From Octopus sinensis (Eukaryota): a stretch of DNA of 64,000 bases. The stretch lies in assembly GCF_006345805.1 (NCBI RefSeq), contig NW_021835466.1:1-64000 (forward strand), written 5' to 3'. Below, piece by piece: positions 36,925 through 50,599 of the stretch; the stretch's first letter is position 1, and every line of letters starts with the position of its first letter. The notes under the pieces were generated by a model. That model was not told the origin of the DNA. It saw only the letters and a program-made list of their open reading frames with translations, and did no database searches. A program made the translations under genes and the position numbers.

Positions 36925-37319
36925 TACACTGTGCAACTATTCAGAGTTTATTGTGAAACGTGCTGCAAGATCCTAAAAACATTAGTAGCCTAAGTAACGT
37001 TGGTTGTCATTAAGTTACTTTATGCGATTTAATTATTAAGAGTTTGTAAGAATGCTAGAAAGGCGCCGCATGTAACAATCCTTAGAAATTTACTTGAAAA
37101 TATAGTCACTAAAATATCGACTGCACTGGAATGGTTGACCATTGAAATAACCAGGTGTAACGTTTCTTTATATAACATAAGAATTTCCGCACAATAAGTT
37201 TTCAGACATGACAAATCTAATGAAGAAACCAGCCTTTACCAATATCTTCACATATAACAAATACCCGTATGTAACATCAGCTATTAACTTTTATAAAAAA
37301 ATATTCTGATAACTCGCGT

Positions 37320-38055
37320 TTAGACACATAGACCCCAGTGAACAAATAGCGTTATTTTATCGACGTTGAAAAGATGAAAGGCAACGTCGACACCGGCGGG
37401 ATATGATCTCAGAACGTAAAGACAACTAGTTTTCTACTTTTTAAGTAATATTCAATTCAAAGTTTAGCACAAGGCCAGCAATTTCGGGCGTGGGAGAGTC
37501 AGCTGATTACAGAAGCTCCAGTATTCAATTATTTAATCGACCTTGCAGAGAGGAAAGACAAAGTCGGCTCCGGATGTTGTTCGAATTGAGTAGGTAAAGA
37601 CGGACGAAATACCTATTTCTTTTACTACCCACAAGGAGCTAAACACAGAGAGGACAAATAAGGACAGACAAACGGATTAAGTCGATTATATCGACCCCAG
37701 TGCGTAACTGGTACTTATTTAATCGACCCCGAAAGGATGAAAGGCAAAGTTGACCTCGGCGCATGAAAGACTAAGTCGACCTCGGCGGAATTTGAACTCA
37801 GAACGTAGCGGCAGACGAAATAACTATTTCTTTACTACCCACAAGTGGCTAAACACAGAGAGGACAAGCAAGGACAGACAAACGGATTAAGTCGATTACA
37901 TCGACCTAAGTGCGTAACTGGTATTTATTTAATCGATCCCGAAAGGATTAAAGGCAAAGTTGACCTCGGCGGAATTTGAACTCAGAACGTAGCGGCAGAC
38001 GTAATACCGCTAAGCATTTCGCCCGGCGTGCTAACATTTCTGCCAGCTCGCCACT
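37320..38055 (-). mobile_element. Head-to-tail array of SINE family B units
   Basis: Successive B units are joined at GACGAAATA(C/A)CTATTTC (junctions ~37610 and ~37825). Confidence 0.85.
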
Positions 38056-38229
38056 GGACGAAATACATTTAAGCATTTTCCTCGGCATGCTAAAAACTCT
38101 GAGCAATCACTGCCCTTCCTTTAAAATAATACTGATTTCAAATTTTAGCAACAATGCAGCAACTTCGGGGTGGAGCGATCTGGTAGATTTTATCAAACCC
38201 AATACACAGCTGGTATTTATTTGATAGAA

Positions 38230-38465
38230 GGCGGTGAGCTGGCAGAAACGTTAGCACGCCGGGCGAAATGCTTAGTGGTATTTCGCCCCTCGTTACGTTG
38301 TGAGTTCAAATTCCGCCGAGGTCGACTTTCCCTTTATCCTTTCGGGGTCGATAAATTACGTACCAGTTACGGACTGGGGTCGATGTAATCGACTTAATAC
38401 CTATGTCTGTCCTTGTTTGTACCCTCTGTGTTTAGCCCCTTGTGGGTAATAAAGAAATAGGTATT
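38230..38465 (+). mobile_element. SINE family B, full length
   Basis: GGCGGTGAGCTGGCAGAAACG head to GTAATAAAGAAATAGGTATTT end. Confidence 0.9.
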
Positions 38466-38989
38466 TATTTGATTGGACCTGCAAAGATGAAAGACAAAGA
38501 GAACCACGGTCAGCTTCAATACAGTTTCAGCCAATCGAAATAATCTAGTTACGAAATATGGCTGAAAACTATGCTATTGCAACGATAGCTACGAATGAAA
38601 AGTCATGAGGTGAAATCGAACTTCGATCATTTTCCAAATAAGAGAACTTCTTATCCAATAGGACAAGCTTCACGAACATAAAATAATGACGACAATATCT
38701 CCTGCGTATAGAAAGAGCGTTATATATTTGCATCTTTATTGAGGGACTAAAAATAGGAAAAGCTTCAACAAATGTTTTTTTTGTGTATGAAGTTGCTTTG
38801 TGTTTAATGTTTAATATGGTCTACGCTGATATCCTCCTATCGCTCTACACACAGCTTTATTATATTCATAGAGGAACACACTTGGATAAACTTTAGTTAT
38901 TAAGCGAAAAGAAATACCAAGAAAGAGAAACAAGTAAACATAAAATGGCATCTCTATCTATTGAATTACCCATATATAATAATTAAATG

Positions 38990-39141
38990 TACTACAATGT
39001 ATTGTGACAGAACATATATATATATATACATATGCATATGCATATATATATATGTATATATGTATATATATATATACATATCCATATATATATATATATA
39101 CATATCCATATATATATATATATACATATGTATGTATATAC

Positions 39142-39192
<51 letters not shown>

Positions 39193-39600
39193 TATATATA
39201 TATATATGTGTATGTAATTGTATATGTATATATATATATACATATATATACCCACGTATATATAAATATATACGTGTGTGTGTGTATGTATGTGTATATA
39301 TATATTTATGCATATACATATACATATACATATATATATACCCCCCCACACACACATATATATATATATAATGCGTATGTAGATATACACAAATTCACAC
39401 CTATATATTATACTTACATAGATACGTATGTATGTACATATGTATGTGCAAATATATATATATATATATATGTGTGTGTGTATGTATACATATATGTATA
39501 TAATGTGTGTATATATATATGTGTGTGTGTGTACATATATATATATGTGTGTGTGTGTGTGTATGTATATATACACACGCACATACCTACCTAGATATAT
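38990..39600. repeat. ~600-bp compound (TA)n/(TG)n microsatellite
   Basis: Direct reading of the sequence. Confidence 0.95.
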
Positions 39601-40578
39601 ACATACTCGTAGTTCATGTTGGGTGTCCATTGATTTCTGGTCAGCGTTTGACGATGTAGTCTCCACATATATGTTTTCTCATTTTCCCTTCCCCCCCACC
39701 TTCCGCGATTGCTATCGATATTCTTTTAAATACGTTTTGAATACAGACGAGAAAACAATGATTTTTTTTTTGTTTTTTTTTTTTTGCTAGACATGGATAT
39801 ACTACGCTTACACCGACACACATACATACAGACCAAGAACACACGAGTAACTAATACCAACAGATACAGACATAAACCAATAGAAACCTACATATAGACA
39901 CGCATAAATACATATATATATATATATATATGTATGTGTGTATGTGTGCATGTATGTATGTAAATATGTATGTATGTATAAAGATGTATAGTTATATATA
40001 TATACGCTCTGTATTTGTACAATATTCTCATTCAGATATATTTATTTCCTCGTTTATATTGATATTGCATAAATTTTAATGTGCCTAGAAAATAATCTGT
40101 CCGTTTGAAAGACGTATCAGAACGATAGTTGCGTCTCCTTACTGCCAAATATATGATCCATTATTTGGCAAATGTTTCATAGTACTGCTATAAATGTATG
40201 CATCGTTTATTTTTTAATTGTCAAAGTAGTTTATAAATGAAGTTGGAATGCTAGCCAAATGGATAAATTGTCGGACAAAATGGCGAACGTTTCACATTTA
40301 TTTCCCAATCATTTTCCTACATGAAAGCGATTCTCCAAAATGGCTCTCGTTGTGATTTGCTAAAACGATCTAAAGAGCATACTGAGAAATTAATTATCAG
40401 CGTGTATAGTTTTGTCTTTGTGGTCGTTTATTGACTACTGGTAAATCATCCTTGGTTGTAGAAATATACAACAGGAAAAAAAAAGGCGTTTCTAAGAACA
40501 TCCAGTTGTTCGTTCGAGCATTGTTTGTGTATGACTACATCAGTCAACCACCTCCACAAGTTTGGAATGATTGTTCAA

Positions 40579-40618
<40 letters not shown>

Positions 40619-40620
40619 GC

Positions 40621-40665
<45 letters not shown>

Positions 40666-40983
40666 CATATATGTATCAAATGAAATAAAAAACAGAACAC
40701 ATAGGATGTCGCGGTACACATGTTTCGAGCTTTATAAAACAACTTATTCTTACATCAATGTATAATCAACGTAATAGATAGTTTAAAGCCCTATCTGAAA
40801 AAGAACATTTGGTATTATTTATAATGGTAGGTATATTAAGTTTCACTGAGAAAGTATGTTTGTAATTCTTCATAATCAAATAGGTGTACAAGGTATTATT
40901 GGACTCCAATACATATATCTTCTCACTTCTGCTACTACCTCTGCTACAGGTACTTATACTTATCAAGTATTCACCCTGAATTT

Positions 40984-41020
<37 letters not shown>

Positions 41021-41098
41021 ATGTATGTATGTATGTATGTATGTATGTATGTATGCATGTATGTATGTATGTATATATGTATGTTTATATGTATGTAT

Positions 41099-41490
41099 GT
41101 GGCTATGTGGTAAGTAGCTTGCTTAGCAACCTCATGGTTCCGGGTTCAGTCCCGCTAAATGTCACCTTGCGCAAGTGCCTTCTACTATAGCCTCGGGCCG
41201 ACCTAAGCCTTGTGAGTGGATTTGGTAGACGGAAACTGAAAAAACTCCGTCGTATATATGTATATGTATATATATATACGCGTTTGTGTGTCTGTGTTTG
41301 TCCCCCAGCATCGCTTGACAACCGATGCTGGTGTGTTTATGTCCCTGTAACTTAGCGGTTCGGTAAAAGAGACCGACAGAATAAGTACTAAGCTTACAAA
41401 GAATAAGCTCTGGGGTCGAGTTGTTCGATAAAAGACAGTGCTCCAGCATGGCCGCAGTCAAATGACTGAAACAATTAAGAAAATAAAAGA
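41099..41490 (+). mobile_element. SINE family A
   Basis: Family A consensus match. Confidence 0.9.
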
Positions 41491-41509
41491 ATATATTTAT
41501 ATATATAGT

Positions 41510-41554
<45 letters not shown>

Positions 41555-42192
41555 TGTGCGTGTGTGTGGCATGTGTGTGTGTGTATGTTATAATTAAACA
41601 GCATGGTTTGAGAAACGGTGTAGCCCATTCACAAATGCGGTCCTATATATACAATTCTCAAAAGACTTACTGCATGGTCTAGTTTAGAAATACATTTGAT
41701 ATTTGTACAATAATGAATGATTTACAGCATGTCGATAACGAGCACAAAGTCGACAGAAGTAGACATGCTGATAATGAATGTATCCTTTACTCGATTGGAG
41801 ACCAAGCATAATCATTTGTGGTTGTCATGTCAAAAGTTCTGGTGTGTAAAGCAGCTAGTGATTTCCATTTTTTTTCTACGGTAACGGCACAAAACCGTAA
41901 CAGCAGGTAATACATTTTCCGCTGCTATGTGCTTGCCTTTAAAAGAACAAAACTACTTTACAAAGTTTCTTTAATATAGCATTGTATACCTTTGATTTTA
42001 TTAAACGTAGATCGATTTAGTTAAGCATTCTAAACAAGTGGATATTTCAATCCATTTACAGTCGAGTGTAATGAAATAGGCAAAACCCAGGTAGCGCTTT
42101 GAGATTGACGATTACTTCGTAGAAACATACTAGTTCTACTACTATTTCGAACACGTATTTTCGAATATGAATTAAGTTTTCATTAAAAGTGA

Positions 42193-42645
42193 TACCTATT
42201 TCTTTGATTACCCACAAGGGGTTAACACAGAGGGGACAAACAAGGACAGATATAAGTATTATGTCGATTACATCGACCCCAGTGCGTTACTGGTACTTAA
42301 TTTATCGACCCCAGTGCGTTACTGGTACTTAATTTATCGACCCCGAAAGGATGAAAGGCAAAGTCGACCTCGGCGGATTTTGAACTCACAACGTAACGGT
42401 AGACGAAATACCTATTTCTTTATTACCCACAAGGGGCTAAACATAGAGGGGACACACAAGGACAGACAAATGGATTAAGTCAATTACATCGACCCCAGTG
42501 TGTAACTGGTACTTATTTAATCGACCCCGAAAGGATGAAAGGCAAAGTCGTCCTCGGCGGATTTTAAACTCACAACGTAACGCAGACGAAATACCGCTAA
42601 GCATTTCGCCCAGCGTGCTAACGTTTCTGCCAGCTTGCCGCCTTT
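42193..42645 (-). mobile_element. SINE family B dimer with a 28-bp internal duplication
   Basis: Two B units joined at GACGAAATACCTATTTC (~42410). ATCGACCCCAGTGCGTTACTGGTACTTAATTT is duplicated at ~42270-42335. Confidence 0.85.
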
Positions 42646-42938
42646 CGTTAAAAGTGATACCAATAACAGGTTTTGCTGCCTAATGTAAAGTCGAGGCTTT
42701 TGAAATGATAGTAAGGTTTTGAAAACTTGTAAACAAGACTGTGAATTTAAGAGTGTCCCTATTTTAAGAGACTTTTTCATCGACCCACGTAGTGACAGTA
42801 CTGCAGATTGTATTTCAGCATATTTTGTTTGAATAAGAAGCTTCAATATATGATATATTTTTATACTTCAATATTTACCTGCTTTCAAAGTTATCAAACT
42901 GTCGTGTTGCTGAATGAAATTTGTATTTGATACACGTA

Positions 42939-43101
42939 GGCGCATGAGTGACTGTGCGGTAAGTAGCTTGCTTACCAACCACATGGTTCCGGGTTCAGTC
43001 CCACTGCGTAGCATCTTGGGCAAGTGTCTTCTGCTATAGCCCCGGGCCGACCAAAGCCTTATGAGTGGATTTGGTAGACGGAAACTGAAAGAAGCCTGTC
43101 G

Positions 43102-43134
<33 letters not shown>

Positions 43135-43350
43135 GCGTGTGTATATGTTTGTGTGTCTGTGTTTGTTCTCCTCCCTAGCATTGCTTGACAACCGATGATG
43201 ATGTGTTTACGTCCCCGTCACTTAGCGGTCCGGCAAAAGAGACCGATAGAATAAGTCCCGGGTTCGATTTTTTCGACTAAAAGGCGGTGCTCCAGCATGG
43301 CCGCAGTCAAATGACTGAAACAAGTAAAAAGACTAAAAGAGAGTAAGAGT
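42939..43350 (+). mobile_element. SINE family A
   Basis: Family A consensus match with a small internal deletion. Confidence 0.9.
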
Positions 43351-43891
43351 ATTTAAATGCATACGGAAGATCAGTGAATTTAACTGCAGAGGAAGAGGAT
43401 CGCTTTATTGAATCTATTTCATATTCTCCTTCACAATTTACCTGTATCAGTGTCACTTAACTCAATTTTGGTTTTCTATAAATGTCCAATACGCACAAAA
43501 ATATTTCTGAGGAAGAATTTTCTGCATACATGGTATTAGACCCAAATCGTCGTAAAAGAATCATACCTAAAGCATGTGAGAGAATGAAGTCGTTGGCCAA
43601 TAAAGCTGACTTCAAAGAGGTCTCTACAAATATGAAGCGGTATCACTCACGTCATTGACATTTCTTTCATCTCTTTCTACAATGATTGTACTGTAAAAGA
43701 TAAAGGCATTTTCTGCTGACTACAGAAGCAGTAGATTATCACAACGATCTAATCAAGTTAAAGTACTATAGGGTTAAGCAGATATTTTATTGTTAATATA
43801 ACATGGGCCGCGGTGAATCACTGACGTTGAGTGTATTCTACGTGGATATATAACGCTAAGTAAGGTAACACGGTACAGTATATCTTCCAGA

Positions 43892-44116
43892 AGCTGGCAG
43901 AAACGTTAGCACGCCGGGCGAAATGCTTAGCGGTATTTCGTCTGCCGTTACGTTGTGAGTTCAAATTCCGCCGAGGTCGACTTTGCCTTTCATCCTCTCG
44001 GGGTCGATCAATTAAGTACCAGTTACGCACTGGGATCGATGTAATCGACTTTATACCTATGTCTGTCCTTGTTTGTCCCCTCTGTGTTTAGCCCCTTGTG
44101 GGTAATAAGGAAATAG
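43892..44116 (+). mobile_element. SINE family B
   Basis: Family B consensus match. Confidence 0.9.
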
Positions 44117-44593
44117 ATACAGTATATTTTCCATGATTGTGCTATATCAGCAAGAGGAAGTCAGTTGCTCTTTGGATAGTGTATGTGTGTTGTTATATTG
44201 GAGTTGGTCTTATTTTGCTAATTAATCACATGCACAATTTCCGTGGTCTTCACTTCAGTTTTATTATCATTATTTTAGTTACTTTCTCAAATAATTTTCG
44301 TCTCCACATGACGACTTCGAGGAGAAGAATAAAGGAATAAGGAGATGAAAGAAGAGAAGAAAAAACAAGCATAAATGTTCACAGTTCAACTTAACGATCG
44401 CGTAGAAGTAAGTCAGTAGGTCCTTCCGAACAATCCTGCATGTATACACATATATATGTATATATGTATGTATGTATGCATATCTATAGATATATATATA
44501 TACATATATATATATATAAAAATATGTATATGTATATATATATATGTATGTATGCATGCGTGTATGTATTTCTATATATATACATATATGTAT

Positions 44594-44635
<42 letters not shown>

Positions 44636-44932
44636 TATGTATGCATGTATGTATGTATATCTATATATATACATATATGTATAAATATATGTATAAATAT
44701 ATATATATATATGTGTGTGGTTAATACAAGCATGAAGATGCAAAGAGAAAACACAACAACGCGAGGACGTGGAATAAATATAGTATTATTGGACGCTCAG
44801 GAAGGAAGGGAAGAAGGAGGGTTTAACGATTCGAGCGGAGCTCTTCGTCAGAAATATATGAAAAAGAAAGATCCAGAGAAGGGAAGACGGAGGAAAACAA
44901 TCGCCAAGGGTGCACACGCGCACATATATATA

Positions 44933-44972
<40 letters not shown>

Positions 44973-45183
44973 AGATACATATATAAATAAATAGATATTT
45001 ATAGATGTTTATCACATCATTTTTCTCTGGGGTTATAATAAGCAAGATTGTTACATTGAACTGAAGTAATGAGGGTAAAGTTGGCAATCACTACGAATTT
45101 GGACCAGTCCGATGCTGGTTAAATTGGCCACAAATTCAACGTCACTAAGTTACTATGAAAACTATTCTGTTAAAACTATTTAC

Positions 45184-45230
<47 letters not shown>

Positions 45231-45822
45231 ATATATTATGTGCATATATATATATATATATATATGTATATACATATATATATATGTATGTATATTAGTA
45301 TGTATATATATATATACGTACATATATACATATACATATACATAATATATATGCATAATATATATAATTATATATATATATATATATATATGCATACACA
45401 TATGTATATGTATATAGATATATATATATACCACATGTAAAATGGAATTTCTGAAGTGAAGATAGGATAGTGCTTTTGTGAAAGAATTTCGAAAATTAGA
45501 TTAAATACATGAAACTGGTGAATCCAAATCCTGTCACTTTATGAAATATTGAATAATAGCAAAAATAATTAAACTTAATCTGTTAACTAAGGACCATAAT
45601 TTAATTTTTGTGAAATTCATTGGTAATATATGAGTATAAATTTGTATAGCTTCATAAAAAAGTAAACGTTCTGTTCAAATAATATAATCTAATTAACAGT
45701 TTGTTAATTTTGTGTGTAGTTGTGTATGGTTTTGTTTTATTGGTGAATGAAATTTTTAATAAAAATGTATTTATTGATTCTTGTCTTACCCTGTATATGA
45801 ACGAAACGTGTATGCATGCATC

Positions 45823-45857
<35 letters not shown>

Positions 45858-45932
45858 TGTGTAGTGTGTGTGTGTATGTGTTTGTGTATGTGTACATGTT
45901 CATGCATGTATATATATATATGTCTACGTCTG

Positions 45933-45988
<56 letters not shown>

Positions 45989-46229
45989 ATATATGTATAT
46001 GTGCATGTATGTATGTATGCGTATAAACATTATAACATACATACTCATACCTTATATTCTATTAAAATTTGAGCAAATATATGTCTGTGTATATACTCAT
46101 ATATGCATGTATGCATAATAGTATATATATTTATATAAGTATATAATATATATATATATATATTATATATGTATATATATATATATAAATATATATATAT
46201 ACACATACATATATATATATATATATATA

Positions 46230-46652
46230 ATTACATTATATAAAAGGGCTTAGTAAAATAAATTACTTTGGGGAGAGCAGAAATTCTTCGCTTGCATATT
46301 TGAGTTTGCTGGCACTGTTAGTTTCGAGCAGATCTTCAGAAGCGATAAGAAGCCGAAAGGGTATGCTCCCACTTTCAGTGTTTTCAAATCCAAACCAAGG
46401 AGTTCTGAGCTGATGATAGAAATGTCGAGTTGACTAATCTTGAAACGTACGTTCTCAAATAACCTTTGCATTTGATTTTTTAATGTCTTTACCCCCATAC
46501 TTTCGTGAGTTGAATTGAGCAAACACTATATGAGAGAGGTTTTCTTTAAGTATTAGAAATAGTTTTAAAAAAGTTTTTTTAGCTACTATTTCTAATGAGT
46601 TCAGTATGCGGCAAAGTAATTTATTTTACTAAGCCCTTTTATATAATGTAAT
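46230..46652. repeat. Segment bounded by perfect 41-bp inverted repeats
   Basis: ATTACATTATATAAAAGGGCTTAGTAAAATAAATTACTTTG at 46230-46270, with its exact reverse complement at 46612-46652. Confidence 0.92.
46406..46457 (+). ncRNA. Type I hammerhead ribozyme-like motif
   Basis: TGAG-CTGATGA-(imperfect stem II)-GAAA-CGTACG-TT-CTCA. Stem I has 4 bp, stem III is the palindrome ACGTACGT, the triplet is GUU, and 10.1/11.1 is U-U. Confidence 0.62.
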
Positions 46653-46782
46653 AATTTGAATTCGCCTTAAATGGTCCCTTTGCATACTGAATACTTGGTG
46701 AAATTGATTAATAATTAATTAATTTACCCTCAATTGTTGAAATTATATATATATATAATATATATTATATAATATATGTATG

Positions 46783-46830
<48 letters not shown>

Positions 46831-47680
46831 ATATATATATATATATATAATATATACGGATGTGTACGTAAATATGTCCATGGTAAGAGTGAAACATTTC
46901 TATGAATATTTATCTTTCTCAAGTATATAAGAATATCTGCACACACATGAATATGCATATGTATATATATATATGTGTGTACGTACGTGTACGTGTGTGT
47001 GTGTGTGTTTGTGTATGTGTGTGTGTGTGTATTTATGTGTTTGTATGTATTTCTGTATGAATGTCTTGACACTGGCAATACATAAAACATATTTGTGTGA
47101 TAAATGTTTACCTACGCAGCTCTATGTCAGCACTTTATATGGCATAATGATGACAGTGTCTTTTTTTATGGCCTGCAAAAATGTCTTTCTTAAAATAATG
47201 CAATTTGGTATGTTTTAACCCATTTGAGTGGAAAAAAATACTGCTAATAGCTCATTCATGTGTGATACTGCCTGGTTGTCTGTCGATTGTCTATCTCTCT
47301 GTCTGTCTCTCTCTCTCACTTCGTCACTCTTTCGATATCTCTCTTCTTTCTAATACCCGTGCTGCAGAATAAATCAACAGAAATATATTTTCCAAGAATT
47401 ATTATCAAGCATGAGAATATTGGCTATTTAACACTTGTTTAAGAATAGAATAACTTTTTTGGGTGTTTTAGTATAACTATAAATGCCAAGAGATCTTTAT
47501 TCGCATTCATTATGAACCATATCATGCGTAGACCGAGAAAGATTTCTTGATGCGTGGGAGATCGGCAAGCCTCCACAGTCCTCTGCTAGTCGGTAGAATT
47601 TCCACATTGAAAGGCTATAACGGATTCGTGTCGGGGAAACTCTGTGCGTCTGGAGAGATCAGTTAGTTGGTATTTATAAA

Positions 47681-47915
47681 GGCGGCGAGCTGGCAGAAAT
47701 GTTATTACGCCGGGCGAAATGCGTAGCCGTATTTTGTCTGCCGCTACGTTCTGAGTTCAAATTCCGCCGAGGTCGACTTTGCCTTTCATCCTTTCGGGGT
47801 CGATAAATTAAGTACCAGTTACGCACTGGGGTCGATATAATCGATTTAATCCGTGTGTCTGTCCTTGTCTGTCCCCTCTATGTTTAGCCCCTTGTGGGTA
47901 GTAAAGAAATAGGTA
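47681..47915 (+). mobile_element. SINE family B, full length
   Basis: Family B consensus match. Confidence 0.9.
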
Positions 47916-47924
47916 TTACACTGT

Positions 47925-48620
47925 GGACTTCCGCGCTGAAGCCTATGCACGAATTCCAGAGATTCTTGGCCTTTCAGTACTACCGGGAGAGCTCACCCAT
48001 TTCGAGGCAAACTCTACAGGTATGGAACAGATGTCGAACAGACCTGTTGGAGATGTGAGCAATCGATTAAACCTTTCTTTATACACTTACCCAGTGTCCA
48101 GGCATTGCTGACTAGAGTAAATTTGTCGAGCAGTCGTCAAATTCATGGCGGAACCACTTAACGGCCGAATTCATATTTTGACGGGAAGGCAGCTTTCTCC
48201 TGTCATGTGGTCAAGTTGAATAATGCAGAGTAATATCCGTGGTTGGAACAACTGGTGACAGATAATTTCCTGTTCGGCGAAGCCATCATCGACTTGTTGA
48301 AGTTTCACTTGAAAAGAGTGATGGATTTTGAAAGGTGAGTGAAGGTGACGAAGATGGCCCGTGTGATTGGACCTACGATGACCACAAGCCTGAATACCGG
48401 AAGGTTTGAAAAGAAGACAGACAGCTGCCTGAGTTGCCTTAATAGTCAGTTGAGAATATTTGTCGTTCTAAGGTGCTCTGGGATGGAAATTTTCCGCTTC
48501 TGGTGGAACTGTATTCTTTAAATGATGTTTATAATTGCTACTCTTTTTATTGTATTCAGGTATTTTTCCGCTAAACCCCTATTCATCCCTTGTTTTTTTT
48601 ACAGTCATTTTGTGTTATAC
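47925..48620 (+). mobile_element. Second, older L1/Tx1 3' fragment
   Basis: MHEFQRFLAFQYYRES..GKLYRYG..TCWRCEQ aligns with MDNFQRSLAWQCYRNALPVREKLSRHG..TCPRCE of the 31-kb element. Confidence 0.7.
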
Positions 48621-48664
48621 GTCCCGCCCTTGTACCCAATGAAGAAAAGATTGTCGATATGTCT

Positions 48665-48900
48665 TTTTATACTCTAGGTACAAAGACAGAAATTTTGGGT
48701 AGGGGGCCAGACGATTAGATTGGCCCCAGTACGCAACTGGTGTTTAATCTATCGACCTCGAAAGGACGAAGAGCAAAGTCGCTCTCGGCGGAATTTTTGC
48801 TCAGAACGTAAAGACAGAAGTAATCCCTATTTCTTTACTACCCACAAGGGGTTAAACACAGAGGGAACAAACAAGGACAGACAAACGGATTAAGTCGATT
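48665..48900 (-). mobile_element. SINE family B, two fused partial units
   Basis: A short-tail B unit joined to a long-tail 3' piece at CCCTATTTC. Confidence 0.75.
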
Positions 48901-49897
48901 ATAGGCAAAGTCGACCTATATTTGTTTGTGATGTAGTCTCTGCGTGGTGAAGAGCGCGCGTGCGTATCTCTGAAGGTGTGTGTGTACATGTGTGCGTGTG
49001 TGTGTTTACATATATGAATTTTGTTTGTGTGTTTGTGTCTGAGTGTGTGCGTTTTTTTTTGTTTGTCTATGTAAGCACGTGTGTGAGTATTTGTGTACGT
49101 ATTTCTGTGCGTCAAATACACGCTGACGTACATACATGCGCACAGAGAGAGTAAATGAACACAGCTCCGATAACGGACAGAATCAACATCCATTGACAAG
49201 GATGCAAAAGCTACAAAAAGTTTGGAAAAAATATATATAAATAATAAATAAGTGGAAATTGAAGTTGTGACTGCGTTAGATAGTAATTCTGTATAACTCC
49301 TCAGACACAACAAATTTTTTTTATCAAGACATTTAGAAACATCCCTCCATAATATAACAATTTGAACACGTAAATATGGTAACAACCGCTTACCTTTGTT
49401 GTCTAAGATGAAATACTATCATATCTAAATTAAATGTTAATTGCCATTCGTTTTTAATTACGATTTCCCGTTTCTCTACTTATAGTGGTGACAAGAAGTT
49501 ATCCAGTATTATTTTCTATATCTCTTTCTTTATATTTCCATTTTCATTTTTATTTTTAATTTGTTTTGCTTTGATTTTATTTTTACTTTTCTTTTGTTTT
49601 ATCTACTTGTGTATTTTGCTCTAACGATTCTCTTCAAGAATTATATCTTAACCTTACTAGTGCAGTTGTAGCAGTGATATCTTAGTTCTGTCATTTAGGA
49701 TTATAATGAAGACTTAGCTTTATAGTTATTTCTCCTGTAATAGTTTATTTATACTCTTTGTTTACTAGTTTCAAATAATACTGTCAACTGTTTATACTTA
49801 TATGATTTTATGGAAACTAAATAGATTTTGATACATCAGGATTAAAATAATTAGTATACGATGTCGGCGATTTCGCTTTTATATTTGCAAACACTAC

Positions 49898-50130
49898 CTA
49901 TTTCTTTATTACCCACAAGGGGCTAAACACAGAGGGGACAAACAAGGACAGACATAGGTATTCAGTCGATTACATCGAGCCCAGTGCGTAACTGGTACTT
50001 AATTTATCGACCCCGAAAGGATGAAAGGCAAAGTCGACCTCGGCGGAATTTGAACTCACAACGTAAGGCAGACGAAATACCGCTAAGCATTTCGCCCGAC
50101 GAGCTAACGTTACTGCCAGCTCGCCGCCCT
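49898..50130 (-). mobile_element. SINE family B, full length
   Basis: Family B consensus on the minus strand. Confidence 0.9.
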
Positions 50131-50599
50131 TGCATGCCCGCTACTGTTTTGTCGCACGTTGGGATGCCTTCTACTCAACTCTGCTAGCTACTCTCTCACC
50201 GCTACTATTCTGCTCTTATCTGACGTCTAGACTTCTCTCTATATATCTACACATTGGGCTAGTCTACTACGTTGTCTGGGGGCGTCCACACAACAGCTAC
50301 AAACCGTAAGGAGGCTGTAGGATAAAATTTTCTTTACTGGTGAAGAATTAAGATATTTCTTTGTCTGTCCTACGTTTTGTAGTATTAAATGGAATTTTCA
50401 TATATATATATATATAACGTGAAATACTTTTTCTATTCCTGAGCGTTATACTAATACATCCGTTTGTTTTTTACACCACCTATCTTCGTCTTTTGTTTTT
50501 TTCGTAAACTCTCCCTATATATATATAGAGACACAGAGAGAAAAAGCAAACGGAAACGCAGCATATATTTTTGTGTGAGTATAGTATTCCACTTCTTCC

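Noticed and set aside
43482-43660. 58-aa plus ORF MSNTHKNISEEEF..
   Set aside because: It is short, with no recognisable motif or splice signals, and is within chance expectation.
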